Under the pieces are notes generated by a model. The model saw only the letters and a list, made by a program, of their open reading frames with translations, ran no database searches and was not told where the DNA came from. Made by a program: the position numbers and the translations under genes. From Candidatus Hodarchaeota archaeon (GTDB lineage: Archaea; Asgardarchaeota; Lokiarchaeia; Sigyniarchaeales; SOKP01), in the NCBI GenBank assembly GCA_048887165.1, contig JBHLJZ010000002.1, forward strand, positions 6,146 through 70,145: a stretch of 64,000 nt of DNA, written 5' to 3'. Every line of letters begins with the position of its first letter. The stretch's first letter is position 1. Positions 48,925 through 58,013 of this stretch are shown piece after piece.

Positions 48925-50763
48925 TTAAAAATCAGCTAATCCTAAAGATTTTAATTTATTCAAACTAGGCCTTCCTGTTACATTATCCCAATCTCTATAT
49001 TTATAGAAAAATTTCTTTAGGTTTTCGAAATCTGGAGATTTCCCGGCAGAACCACCACTATCAAATGGCTTTAACAAAATTTTAGGTATTTTGTCATCAG
49101 CAACAGTTAATCCCATTTTAAGATTAAACAACCTTTTTATAGTCAATAACCGCTCTCCATACAACTTAATTTCATCAATATCAAATTTTAAGCCAGTTGC
49201 GTTTTCAATTATGGCCGCAATCTGAGACGGTAATGGATTACAAAAAGAACACATTATCATGGAACTATATAAGGCACGATAATCCATATCTATGCTGCAG
49301 TATCTGGCCATTTCCTCATCGTCTCTATATTTATCAATAATTTCAATACCTAGTTCTTCTAAAGGCACACCTGCTAGTGTATAATAAGGATCACATGCAT
49401 TATGAGATGGACCTCTATAGGCGCCTCCCATTCCATAAGCGATTGCCATTCCGTAGTTAGAACGTAGATCATGATATGTGACTTCTAAACCTACGACTGT
49501 GGCTATTTCATCTTGAGAAATTTTAAATTTTTTTGCAAATTCATCAGAACCTTCTGCTAGAAGATTACCAATACCATCCCTATCTACAATTTTTTCCAAT
49601 AATGTTTCAACAATTTCAATATTTCCCCACTCAGGCAATAAACCGTCGATATCTTCAGATTTAATATTACCTTGTTCATAATGATACATTAAACACGCAA
49701 TTACTCCACCAGAACTAATTGTGTCTATCCCATAATCAAAACATTTCTTATTTAAATGGACGATTGCCTCAAGATTATCATTTAGGATTAAGCTACCAAA
49801 ACTAACTATAGATTCATATTCAGGTCCTTCTAATTCATCAGTTTTATATGGTCCATCTTTGATTGATACGCGACGACCACATCCTATTACACAAGAATGA
49901 CAAAATTTATTACCTGTTAAGATAGTTTCAGCCATAGTAGCACCAGAAATACTATATGATCCATCCCATTGAGCTTGAGAGAAGTATTTTATTGGTAATT
50001 CTCCTGTGGTATTATACATGTCTAAAACACCTGAAGTTCCTAATTCTTTAAGAACATCAGTTGCGAATGATGATTTCACATTATTTCGAGCTTTATTAAT
50101 AGCGTCTTTTAATTTTTCTGGATCATAAACATTTAGTTTGGTATTACTTCCTTTAACTACAATCCCTTTTAATTTTTTAGAACCTAATATTGCTCCCATA
50201 CCTGTTCTTCCTGCTGCTCTTTCTTCAGAGATGATATTAGCATATTTAACCAAATTCTCCCCTGCTGGACCTATACATGCAACCATAGCTTTTTGATTTC
50301 CAAATAATTCTTTCAATTTTTCAGTTGTATGATAAGTTCCTTTACCCCAAAGAAATTCAGCATCTTTTAATTTTACTTGTTCATCTCTAATTTCTAAATA
50401 TACTGGTTTATCTGAAGCACCTCTAATTATTAATCCATCGTATCCTGCTTTTTTAATTTCGGCACCAAACCAACTGCCACAATTAGATTCACCCCAAATA
50501 CCCGTATACGGAGATTTCGAACATACTACCCATCTGCCTGTATTAGGAGCGAAGGTTCCGTTTAATGGACCGGTCATTATCATTAAAATATTTTCTGGAG
50601 ATAATGGATCTGTTTCTTTATCTAATCTATCATATAGATAACGACACGCATAACCAGCTCCACCTAAGAAACTTTTGGCAATAATTTGATTAAGTGGCTC
50701 TTCGGCTATTTTTCCACTAGACAAATCTAAATTAAGTAATTTTCCTCTAAAAGCTTTTAAAAT
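48925..50763 (-). CDS. aor: Tungsten-type aldehyde:ferredoxin oxidoreductase (AOR family)
   Basis: AOR family throughout (GGAGYACRYL, GPLNGT, GPAGENLV, GPEYES, ...). The track starts at TTG 50724, but the conserved N-terminal strand (ILKAFRGKLLNLDLSSGKI, compare P. furiosus AOR GRFIRVNLSTGDI) lies upstream. The only plausible initiator is ATT at 50763, preceded by GGGTGAAGG SD. Confidence 0.88.
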   Translation of the reverse strand: MLKAFRGKLLNLDLSSGKIAEEPLNQIIAKSFLGGAGYACRYLYDRLDKETDPLSPENILMIMTGPLNGTFAPNTGRWVVCSKSPYTGIWGESNCGSWFGAEIKKAGYDGLIIRGASDKPVYLEIRDEQVKLKDAEFLWGKGTYHTTEKLKELFGNQKAMVACIGPAGENLVKYANIISEERAAGRTGMGAILGSKKLKGIVVKGSNTKLNVYDPEKLKDAINKARNNVKSSFATDVLKELGTSGVLDMYNTTGELPIKYFSQAQWDGSYSISGATMAETILTGNKFCHSCVIGCGRRVSIKDGPYKTDELEGPEYESIVSFGSLILNDNLEAIVHLNKKCFDYGIDTISSGGVIACLMYHYEQGNIKSEDIDGLLPEWGNIEIVETLLEKIVDRDGIGNLLAEGSDEFAKKFKISQDEIATVVGLEVTYHDLRSNYGMAIAYGMGGAYRGPSHNACDPYYTLAGVPLEELGIEIIDKYRDDEEMARYCSIDMDYRALYSSMIMCSFCNPLPSQIAAIIENATGLKFDIDEIKLYGERLLTIKRLFNLKMGLTVADDKIPKILLKPFDSGGSAGKSPDFENLKKFFYKYRDWDNVTGRPSLNKLKSLGLADF

Positions 50764-50910
50764 ACGCCTTCACCCTAAATTAATTTTAGCAAAGACTTTA
50801 ATTTTCATTTATTTTTTCTAACATATATTTTTATAAATTTAACTTTTATTTCTAGGCATTTATGATTCATTAAAAAAATTTTTTTTAAAAAAAGAATATC
50901 TTTAGTAAAT

Positions 50911-51414
50911 ATGAAAACCAAAGTAGATCTCAAATGGGATGACTTAGTCTCACCTACTATGACCCCTGAGGAGTATTTAAAACAGTTTGGAGATAAAATT
51001 GAATACAATTATGAGACATATAAACCTAAGAAAGATGTCCTTGAAAAGATTAATGAAATACTTGAAAATAAACAAGAAAAATTAAGAATTGTTGCTCTAG
51101 GGGCTGATTGGTGCCCAGATTGTTCAAGAAATGTCCCTCGTATGATCAAAATTGTAAAAATGCTTAGTAAGGATGTGGATTTAAAAATTCTTTATGGAAT
51201 TATGGTAGATGCTTTACATAAGCCAGGAGAGACTATTTGGCATAAAAAAAGATCTCCACCTGAAGCAGTCGATCCAAAATTCAATTTGAAAGCAATTCCA
51301 ACCTTTTATTTCTTTAATTCTGCCGGTGAATATTTAGGAGTGATTATTGAAAATCCCAAAATATCATCAACTTTAGAAGAAGACACTCTTGAAATTTTAC
51401 GGCATTTCTTATAA
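50911..51414 (+). CDS. Thioredoxin-fold protein with WCPDC active site
   Basis: GADWCPDCSRNVP CxxC motif and cis-Pro-like IPTFYFF region. Confidence 0.65.
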   Translation: MKTKVDLKWDDLVSPTMTPEEYLKQFGDKIEYNYETYKPKKDVLEKINEILENKQEKLRIVALGADWCPDCSRNVPRMIKIVKMLSKDVDLKILYGIMVDALHKPGETIWHKKRSPPEAVDPKFNLKAIPTFYFFNSAGEYLGVIIENPKISSTLEEDTLEILRHFL

Positions 51415-51486
51415 TATTCTTATTTTTTTCTAACCATCATTTTTTCCTCATTAAAATTTAAATTAGTATCTAGTCATAATAATTCT

Positions 51487-53523
51487 ATGTCTAAACTTAA
51501 AGTGAAAAAAGTAATTATTTTCAAACATGGAGTTTCTTATTACATTCTCGAAGGAATTGTAAAAGGATCTGATACTCTTGAACTAGAATTTAATCTTGAT
51601 GAGATGGATGATATTTTAAAATCTCTTTTTGTTCTAGATACAAGCGAAAAAGGTTATATAAGTTCAATATCTTATGATGCTGCCTTAGATACATCACAAT
51701 TATTAAAATCCATTATGTTAAATATTCCAGATAGAGATTCTCTTTCTTCACTTATTACACAAATCAAAGGAGCCAACGTTAATTTGACTATTGGAGGTGG
51801 AAAGAAGATCTCAGGGGCAATCATGGGTATAGAATTAGAAGAAAAATTTACCAAACAAGAAAAAATCACAGAAAAATTGCTAGTTTTCCTTCAAGATGAT
51901 GGTAATATTACAAAAATACCATTTTCTGATTTTAAATCATTCGAAATATTAAATGAGGAACTGAAAAAAGATTTAAATTTCTTTTTAAATACTGTAATTG
52001 CTGGTAAGAAAAAAGATGCTAAAAAAATCAAAATTAATTGTGAATCAGGCGGAGATGATGACATAGATAGAAATATTTACGTTTCTTATATTAGAGAGAG
52101 TCCTATATGGAAAACATCTTATCGCTTAATAATGAGTAAGCAACAAGCAGAAGAGAATAAATGTTTAATGTCTGGTTGGAGCCTCATTGAAAATACAACT
52201 AATCAAGACTGGAAAGATATAGAACTTTCATTAGTAGCTGGAATGCCCGTGTCTTTTAAATATGAATTTTATAGACCAATTTTTATTGAACGTCCAATAG
52301 TTCGCCCGCCTAAAGTATTAAGCGCTAGACCAACAGAGATCGAAGAAGGATTAGAAAAGGAGAGATTTGAAGAATATGCTATGGCTGAAGCTGAAGCAAT
52401 GCCAATAGCTAAGAAAAGCAAAGCAAGAATAGCGTCTTCACGACCCCCACCTGCTCCCGCAGGAGGTTTTGGGCGTTATCAAGCAGAAATGAGTGATGTT
52501 GATTTAATGGATAAAGTAAAAGCTCAAACTAAGACTCAAACTAAAGATTTAGGAGAATTATTTGAATACAACATTACAAATCCAGTTACAATTAAGAGAA
52601 AACAATCAGCTCTAGTTCCTATTTTAACTGAATCTATCAAAGCTTCGCGAGTTTTATTGTATAACAAAGATGAACATGATAAGAATCCTAATGCTTGCTT
52701 AGAAATAACAAATAACACGAATTTAACGTTGGAAAGGGGACCTGTTACGATTATATATGATGATAATCTAGCAGGAGAGGCCATTGTTCCTTTTCTCAAC
52801 AAAGGAGATACACGATTATTAAATTATGCTGTTGAACAAGCAGCTTTGATAACTCATGAACAAAAATCTGAAAATCTTAATGTCCATAAAGTTACTTTCG
52901 GAAGTGGTTATTCCTATGAGTATTACTTTTCCAATTTGATTACCGAATATAAGATAAGAAATAAAACAGAAGAAGTAAAGGTGCTATATCTTGATCATCC
53001 AAAAACATATGAATATAAATTTATCGAAAAGCCTATAGAACCAGAAGAAACTCCAAATTATTGGCGATTCAAATTGACTCTTAAACCTAAGGATGCTATA
53101 ACTTTTAAATTAAAAGAACAAAAAGAAAATTATTCAAGTAACTATATTTGGAACTGGTCAAAAGATGAGATCTTAAAAAGAGTAGGATTTTATGTAAAAC
53201 ATAAATTTATTGACGAAAAATTAGAGAACCAATTAAAAGAGATTGCAGATTTAATTCAGAATTTAAACGATATTAAGAGTAAGAGAGACAAATTACACAA
53301 TGAAAAAGATATGATGATTGAAGAGCAAGAAAGGTTACGGGAAAACATTTCCGTTTTAGGAGAGGATAGTCAATCATTAACATTAAAGGAGCGTTATATT
53401 AAAAAATTAGACGATCAAGAGAGTAGATTTGAAACCATTTCTACTGAGTTAAAGAAATTGGAAAAAGAAATAGACAACCTAAACAAACAAATTGAAGAAA
53501 AAATAAACAAACTAAAAGTATAA
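51487..53523 (+). CDS. DUF4139-like protein with C-terminal coiled coil
   Basis: The central WKTSYRLIM...GWSLIENTTNQDWKDIELSLVAGMP resembles the DUF4139 core as I recall it. The last ~110 aa are heptad-like and K/E-rich. Confidence 0.55.
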   Translation: MSKLKVKKVIIFKHGVSYYILEGIVKGSDTLELEFNLDEMDDILKSLFVLDTSEKGYISSISYDAALDTSQLLKSIMLNIPDRDSLSSLITQIKGANVNLTIGGGKKISGAIMGIELEEKFTKQEKITEKLLVFLQDDGNITKIPFSDFKSFEILNEELKKDLNFFLNTVIAGKKKDAKKIKINCESGGDDDIDRNIYVSYIRESPIWKTSYRLIMSKQQAEENKCLMSGWSLIENTTNQDWKDIELSLVAGMPVSFKYEFYRPIFIERPIVRPPKVLSARPTEIEEGLEKERFEEYAMAEAEAMPIAKKSKARIASSRPPPAPAGGFGRYQAEMSDVDLMDKVKAQTKTQTKDLGELFEYNITNPVTIKRKQSALVPILTESIKASRVLLYNKDEHDKNPNACLEITNNTNLTLERGPVTIIYDDNLAGEAIVPFLNKGDTRLLNYAVEQAALITHEQKSENLNVHKVTFGSGYSYEYYFSNLITEYKIRNKTEEVKVLYLDHPKTYEYKFIEKPIEPEETPNYWRFKLTLKPKDAITFKLKEQKENYSSNYIWNWSKDEILKRVGFYVKHKFIDEKLENQLKEIADLIQNLNDIKSKRDKLHNEKDMMIEEQERLRENISVLGEDSQSLTLKERYIKKLDDQESRFETISTELKKLEKEIDNLNKQIEEKINKLKV

Positions 53524-53642
53524 TTTAAAAATTATTGCTTTTTATTTTTTTTTAAATCAACCAATTAATAAATCCAATTTTTAAAACAAAAAAAAATTAA
53601 ATTATGAATTATTTAATAATATAACATCTAAAGGTGTGAAAT

Positions 53643-53855
53643 ATGAGTATTGATGATCTTCAAGAACAAGTTGATAAATTATTAGAAGAAATGGATGCCC
53701 TACAAGAAGTTTGTGATACGCTTCCTCAATGTGAAAAAGATGATGGATGTAAAACTTGTGAAACTAATAAAAAAATAGAAGAATTAGAAGAAAAAATCGA
53801 AAAGTTAGAAGAAAAAATTGAAGGATTAATGGGTGAAGAGGAAGAAGACGATTAA
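53643..53855 (+). CDS. Small acidic coiled-coil protein with 4-Cys motif
   Basis: AAGGTGTGA SD is upstream. Contains CDTLPQCEKDDGCKTC followed by an EELEEKIEKLEEKIE repeat. Confidence 0.4.
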   Translation: MSIDDLQEQVDKLLEEMDALQEVCDTLPQCEKDDGCKTCETNKKIEELEEKIEKLEEKIEGLMGEEEEDD

Positions 53856-54081
53856 ATACTTCTAAATTAAACAGAACTAATTAATTTTATTTTATTCTAG
53901 AATTTTTTACTTTTTATTAAAAATAGTTATTTCTTCAAATCATATAGCAAACAAGAGGCTGTATTTTTTTAATCTACTAATTATATAAAAAACTATTTGA
54001 AAAAAAATTAAAAAGTCAACTAGTATTTTTGAACCTATACTAATTATTCTAATTTAAAAAAATTTTGGAAGTGAAGAAATA

Positions 54082-55377
54082 TTGCCTGGAAAAAAATTTG
54101 AAACCCAAGCTATTAATGATGAGATTTTAGAGAAATTCAGTCTTAAAAACCGTTATGCTTTTTTAAACAATAATTTAACAGCAATTTTATCTCCTAAAGA
54201 ATTTAATTTTTTACGAGAAGTTCAACGATTTTGTATGCGTTATGAGAAGAAAAATAATATCACTCATGGTCCAGATGAAGATATTTACGATTGGGTGCCA
54301 GCTTTTGGCGAACAAGGGTATATTACACGTCAACATACTTTTGATATATGCGATGTTCATTATGATGATTGGGGTTTAGCGGCAGATTTGATGAGAAATA
54401 TCGCTGTAGATATGTTTGATCCTCAGTTTGCTATGGGAGGGGGAGCTACAGTTTTAGCAATTAACCCCGTTTATGAACACCATGACAATATTCCCGTGAG
54501 ATTAGAAGCATTAAATGAAATGGTAACTGGTAAATCACCTGGCGCTATATTAATTACAGAACCAGAGCGTGGCTCTGATGCGGTACATCAATTAACAACG
54601 TGTGATGAACAAGAAGATGGAAGCTTTTTATTAAACGGAGTGAAAATCTATAATACAAATGCCCCAAAATCAAAATGGGTTGTAGCATATGCTACTGCTG
54701 AACAAAATAACGGAAATACTATGGCCCAATTTTTAATTAATACAAATTGGGATGGTTTTCAAGTTGAACGCGTTAACATTCCCTGGGTACCTAAGCTTTA
54801 TCTGGGAAAAGAGACTTTAACGAATCTAAAAGTTCCAAAAGAATTTGTACTGGGGGGAGTAGGAAAAGGTCGAGAACATTTATTTGAAGGTTTAGTACCT
54901 GAGAGAATCTCCATAGCAATCATGGGAGTAAGCGAATGTTGGGGAGCTCTGGCTCACGCAGTTATATATGCCAATAACCGCAAGCAATTTGATCAGGAGA
55001 TCCTTAAATTCCAAGGTGTGGGTTTTCTCTTAGCTGATTTATGGGCGAGAACTACTAATCTAACTATTGGTCTTTTGAAATTTTGTGAATCATATGATGA
55101 AAAGTACGAGAAATTTGGTGGAGAAATACCTAGAAATATCTCTCAAGCCATGGTCGCCTCGGCAAGCCAATTCAAATATCAAGCTGCTAAATTGTCTAGA
55201 AAAGTCTGTTATGAATGTGCTAATAATATGGGTGGCGCAGGATTATGTGACAATACATTAATGCATGATTATCTGAATATATCCAGAATCCAAGAAATTG
55301 TCGGAGGATCTAGACAAATCCAACAATATATCATGTCTCTCTCGTTACGCACCTTATACAAGATGTCGGTTGGCTAA
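54082..55377 (+). CDS. Acyl-CoA dehydrogenase family protein (paralog A)
   Basis: ACAD pattern (ITEPERGSDA, FLLNGVKIYNTNA, C-terminal IQEIVGGSRQIQ with candidate catalytic Glu). TTG start with GGAAGTGAAG SD. Confidence 0.85.
   Translation: MPGKKFETQAINDEILEKFSLKNRYAFLNNNLTAILSPKEFNFLREVQRFCMRYEKKNNITHGPDEDIYDWVPAFGEQGYITRQHTFDICDVHYDDWGLAADLMRNIAVDMFDPQFAMGGGATVLAINPVYEHHDNIPVRLEALNEMVTGKSPGAILITEPERGSDAVHQLTTCDEQEDGSFLLNGVKIYNTNAPKSKWVVAYATAEQNNGNTMAQFLINTNWDGFQVERVNIPWVPKLYLGKETLTNLKVPKEFVLGGVGKGREHLFEGLVPERISIAIMGVSECWGALAHAVIYANNRKQFDQEILKFQGVGFLLADLWARTTNLTIGLLKFCESYDEKYEKFGGEIPRNISQAMVASASQFKYQAAKLSRKVCYECANNMGGAGLCDNTLMHDYLNISRIQEIVGGSRQIQQYIMSLSLRTLYKMSVG
54964..55032. repeat. 69-bp perfect inverted repeat, arm 1 (inside ACAD paralog A)
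   Basis: ATATATGCCAATAACCGCAAGCAATTTGATCAGGAGATCCTTAAATTCCAAGGTGTGGGTTTTCTCTTA is identical to the reverse complement of 55921-55989. Confidence 0.9.
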
Positions 55378-55538
55378 ATTGGAGCAACACATTAAAGATT
55401 TCTGTCTCTTAAAATTTTATTTATAATTTATTTTTTATATTCTGATCTTGTTGATAATTAAGGATTATTCCCGAAATATTTTATCTCTCTAAATCTTACA
55501 CTATATTCTTATTAGAAAGAATATATAAATATATTTTT

Positions 55539-55553
55539 AAAAAAAAAAAAAAA
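55539..55553 (-). terminator. T15 tract (archaeal oligo-T terminator candidate) downstream of ACAD paralog B
   Basis: A15 on the plus strand equals T15 on the minus strand, 22 nt after the minus-strand stop. An adjacent 9-bp-stem hairpin TATATTCTT/AAGAATATA lies at 55502-55525 between the convergent genes. Confidence 0.35.
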
Positions 55554-55575
55554 GTATGATGATTGAGAAATTGAT

Positions 55576-56868
55576 CTATATCCCAGTCATTTTGTACAAT
55601 GTCCTCATTGCCATTGACATAATATACTGCTGGATCTGACGTGAGCCTCCAACAATTTCTTGGATTCTTGAAATATTTAACAAATCATGCATAAGGGTAT
55701 TATCAGACAATCCAGCACCTCCCATTAGGTTTGCAGCTTCATAGCAAATTTCTTTTGAAAGCGCCGTGCAGTGATATTTAAACATTGAAGCAGAAGCAAC
55801 CATTGCTTGGGAAATATTTTTAGGAAGTTCTCCACCAAATTTTTCTATTTTCTCATCGTATGCCTCACAGAAGCGTAATAATCCTAAGGTCACATTTGTC
55901 AATCGAGCCCATAAATCAGTTAAGAGAAAACCCACACCTTGGAATTTAAGGATCTCCTGATCAAATTGCTTGCGGTTATTGGCATATATAGCTGCATGAG
56001 CAATTGCATTCCAACATTGAGATGTTGAATCAAGAGCTATACCAATCCTTTCTGGAACTAATCCTTCAAATAAATGTTCACGTCCCTTTCCAATTCCTCC
56101 TAATACATATTCTTCTGGGACTTTTAAGTTTCTAAAATACTCATGTCCTAACCATACACGCGGAACCCATGGTATAAATACTCTTTCACATTCCCATCCA
56201 TCCCAGGAAGTATCAATTAAAAATTGGGCCATGGTATTTCCGTTATTTTGTTCAGCAGTAGCATAGGCTACAACATAACCCGCTTTGGGGGCATTTGTAT
56301 TGTAAATCTTTTCTCCATTTAACAAAAAGCTCCCATCACTCTGTTCTTCACAAAGGCTTAACATATGAACAGCATCAGAGCCACGCTCTGGTTCTGTAAT
56401 ACAAATAGCGCCTGGACTTTCACCAGTTACAAACTTTTTTAAAATTTCTAATCTCACGGGAATATTCTCATGATGATAATATACAGGATTTATTGCTAAA
56501 ATAGTTGCTCCGCCAGCCATTGAAAATTGAGGATCAAAAAAGTTCAGTGCTAAACACCTCATTAATTCAATTGCCATCCCGTAATCTTGAAAATTAAGAT
56601 CTACTTCTTCATAAGGATGAGCTCTTGAGATAAAACCTTCTTTTCCGAAATCTGGGATCCATTGGTAAAGATCTTCATCGGTTCGATGAGAAATTTCTTG
56701 TTTTTTCTCAAAACGTGTACAGAATTTTTCCGCTTGCTTTAAGAAATTAAAATGTTTAGGTTGAAGAATAGTCATTAAATTAGTGTTTAGAAAAGTATAA
56801 CGATTCTTAAGGCTTAATTTTTCAAGGATCTCATCATTAATAGCCTGACTCATAAATTTAGAAGCCAA
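55576..56868 (-). CDS. Acyl-CoA dehydrogenase family protein (paralog B)
   Basis: Collinear with paralog A, roughly 70 percent identical by eye. TTG start with GAGGGATG SD. Confidence 0.85.
   Translation of the reverse strand: MASKFMSQAINDEILEKLSLKNRYTFLNTNLMTILQPKHFNFLKQAEKFCTRFEKKQEISHRTDEDLYQWIPDFGKEGFISRAHPYEEVDLNFQDYGMAIELMRCLALNFFDPQFSMAGGATILAINPVYYHHENIPVRLEILKKFVTGESPGAICITEPERGSDAVHMLSLCEEQSDGSFLLNGEKIYNTNAPKAGYVVAYATAEQNNGNTMAQFLIDTSWDGWECERVFIPWVPRVWLGHEYFRNLKVPEEYVLGGIGKGREHLFEGLVPERIGIALDSTSQCWNAIAHAAIYANNRKQFDQEILKFQGVGFLLTDLWARLTNVTLGLLRFCEAYDEKIEKFGGELPKNISQAMVASASMFKYHCTALSKEICYEAANLMGGAGLSDNTLMHDLLNISRIQEIVGGSRQIQQYIMSMAMRTLYKMTGI
55921..55989. repeat. 69-bp perfect inverted repeat, arm 2 (inside ACAD paralog B)
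   Basis: Reverse complement is identical to 54964-55032. Confidence 0.9.
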
Positions 56869-57152
56869 TTTTTACATCCCTCTTTTTTAAAATTAAGATT
56901 TTTTATATTATTACTTTGCTTAGAAAAATATAAATTAACTTTTTAACTTTTTTAAAATCGCACTTCTCAATTTGAAAATTAAAAAGGTTTAATTATTAAT
57001 TTTTAAGAAAATTCGTTATTTAAGAGAACAGTTTAAATTATATTATTTTCTCATATGGATCTTCTTTGTTTTTAAATTTAATAATAAATTACGGAAATGA
57101 AAATATCAAAAGAGGCTTAATTATTATTAACAATCTTGTCTAATCTTATTGT

Positions 57153-57908
57153 CTAGGTTATAAGTATTTTCAATCGATTTGAGAACTTTTTTGAAATGAT
57201 TAAAGCTGTTTCAAAAGGACAATTTTTTTTAAATTGTATTATTGAAATATAATTATCTATTCCAACTAATGATAGTATGCCATATTCTTCAAGTGAAATT
57301 AATTCATTAATTCTTGAATTTCCTATAATAAACCTACTTTCTAATAATCTAATTATTTCTGATAAAACATTTGAATTAAGGTATGACACAATAACTCTTC
57401 CAGTTTGTGTTAAAAGGGCTGATGAAATGACGAATGAAGAAAATTTATGCAACTCTTGAAATATATCGATTAAATCTTTTTGAATTTCATCGGATACTAA
57501 CTGTTTACTTCTTTCCATTATATCATCAATATTTCTTTCGAATTCTTGATATTTTGAGATTTCACCGTCGAAATTTTCTGTAATATGTAGTAAATCAAAC
57601 TCCCTTAGAAATTCTTTTTTGATTTCTCTCAATTGGTTTCTCAATTCAACTAGATTATCAGTTCGATCACTAAACAAAGCAAACATTAATTCACTATGAT
57701 TTGCTTTTTCAATCTCAAAAATAAATCTAAAAGGACCAACCTCTATTTCCGAAAGCTCCTTTGTTTTAAGTGTTTGTTTTACAAATGAAAATACAGCACT
57801 TAAAAAGCTACTTGTTAGTTTTATATTAAAAATATCTTCATAAGTCTTATAAAAAATTAATTCACCAGTCGATTTCATTATGAAAATATTCTTTATCATA
57901 AGACTCAA
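57153..57908 (-). CDS. Hypothetical protein with two longin/roadblock-like (beta-beta-alpha-beta-beta-beta-alpha) halves
   Basis: The residue pattern suggests two repeats of the longin-type order. Half 1 is IKNIFIMKSTGELIFYKTY / SSFLSAVFSFVKQTL / FRFIFEIE..LMFALFSD / helix. Half 2 is VISSALLTQTGRVIVSY / LSEIIRLLESRF / GILSLVGIDNYISIIQF / helix. The start is probably the ATG three codons after the listed TTG. Confidence 0.5.
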   Translation of the reverse strand: MSLMIKNIFIMKSTGELIFYKTYEDIFNIKLTSSFLSAVFSFVKQTLKTKELSEIEVGPFRFIFEIEKANHSELMFALFSDRTDNLVELRNQLREIKKEFLREFDLLHITENFDGEISKYQEFERNIDDIMERSKQLVSDEIQKDLIDIFQELHKFSSFVISSALLTQTGRVIVSYLNSNVLSEIIRLLESRFIIGNSRINELISLEEYGILSLVGIDNYISIIQFKKNCPFETALIISKKFSNRLKILIT

Positions 57909-58013
57909 TAAGAAATGTTATTGCAAATTAAAATTATATATTTCTAATGATAATTAAGCTTTAAAAATTCTTTTAAAAAAGAAAATTTAAATATTTTAGC
58001 AACTAAAATAAAA

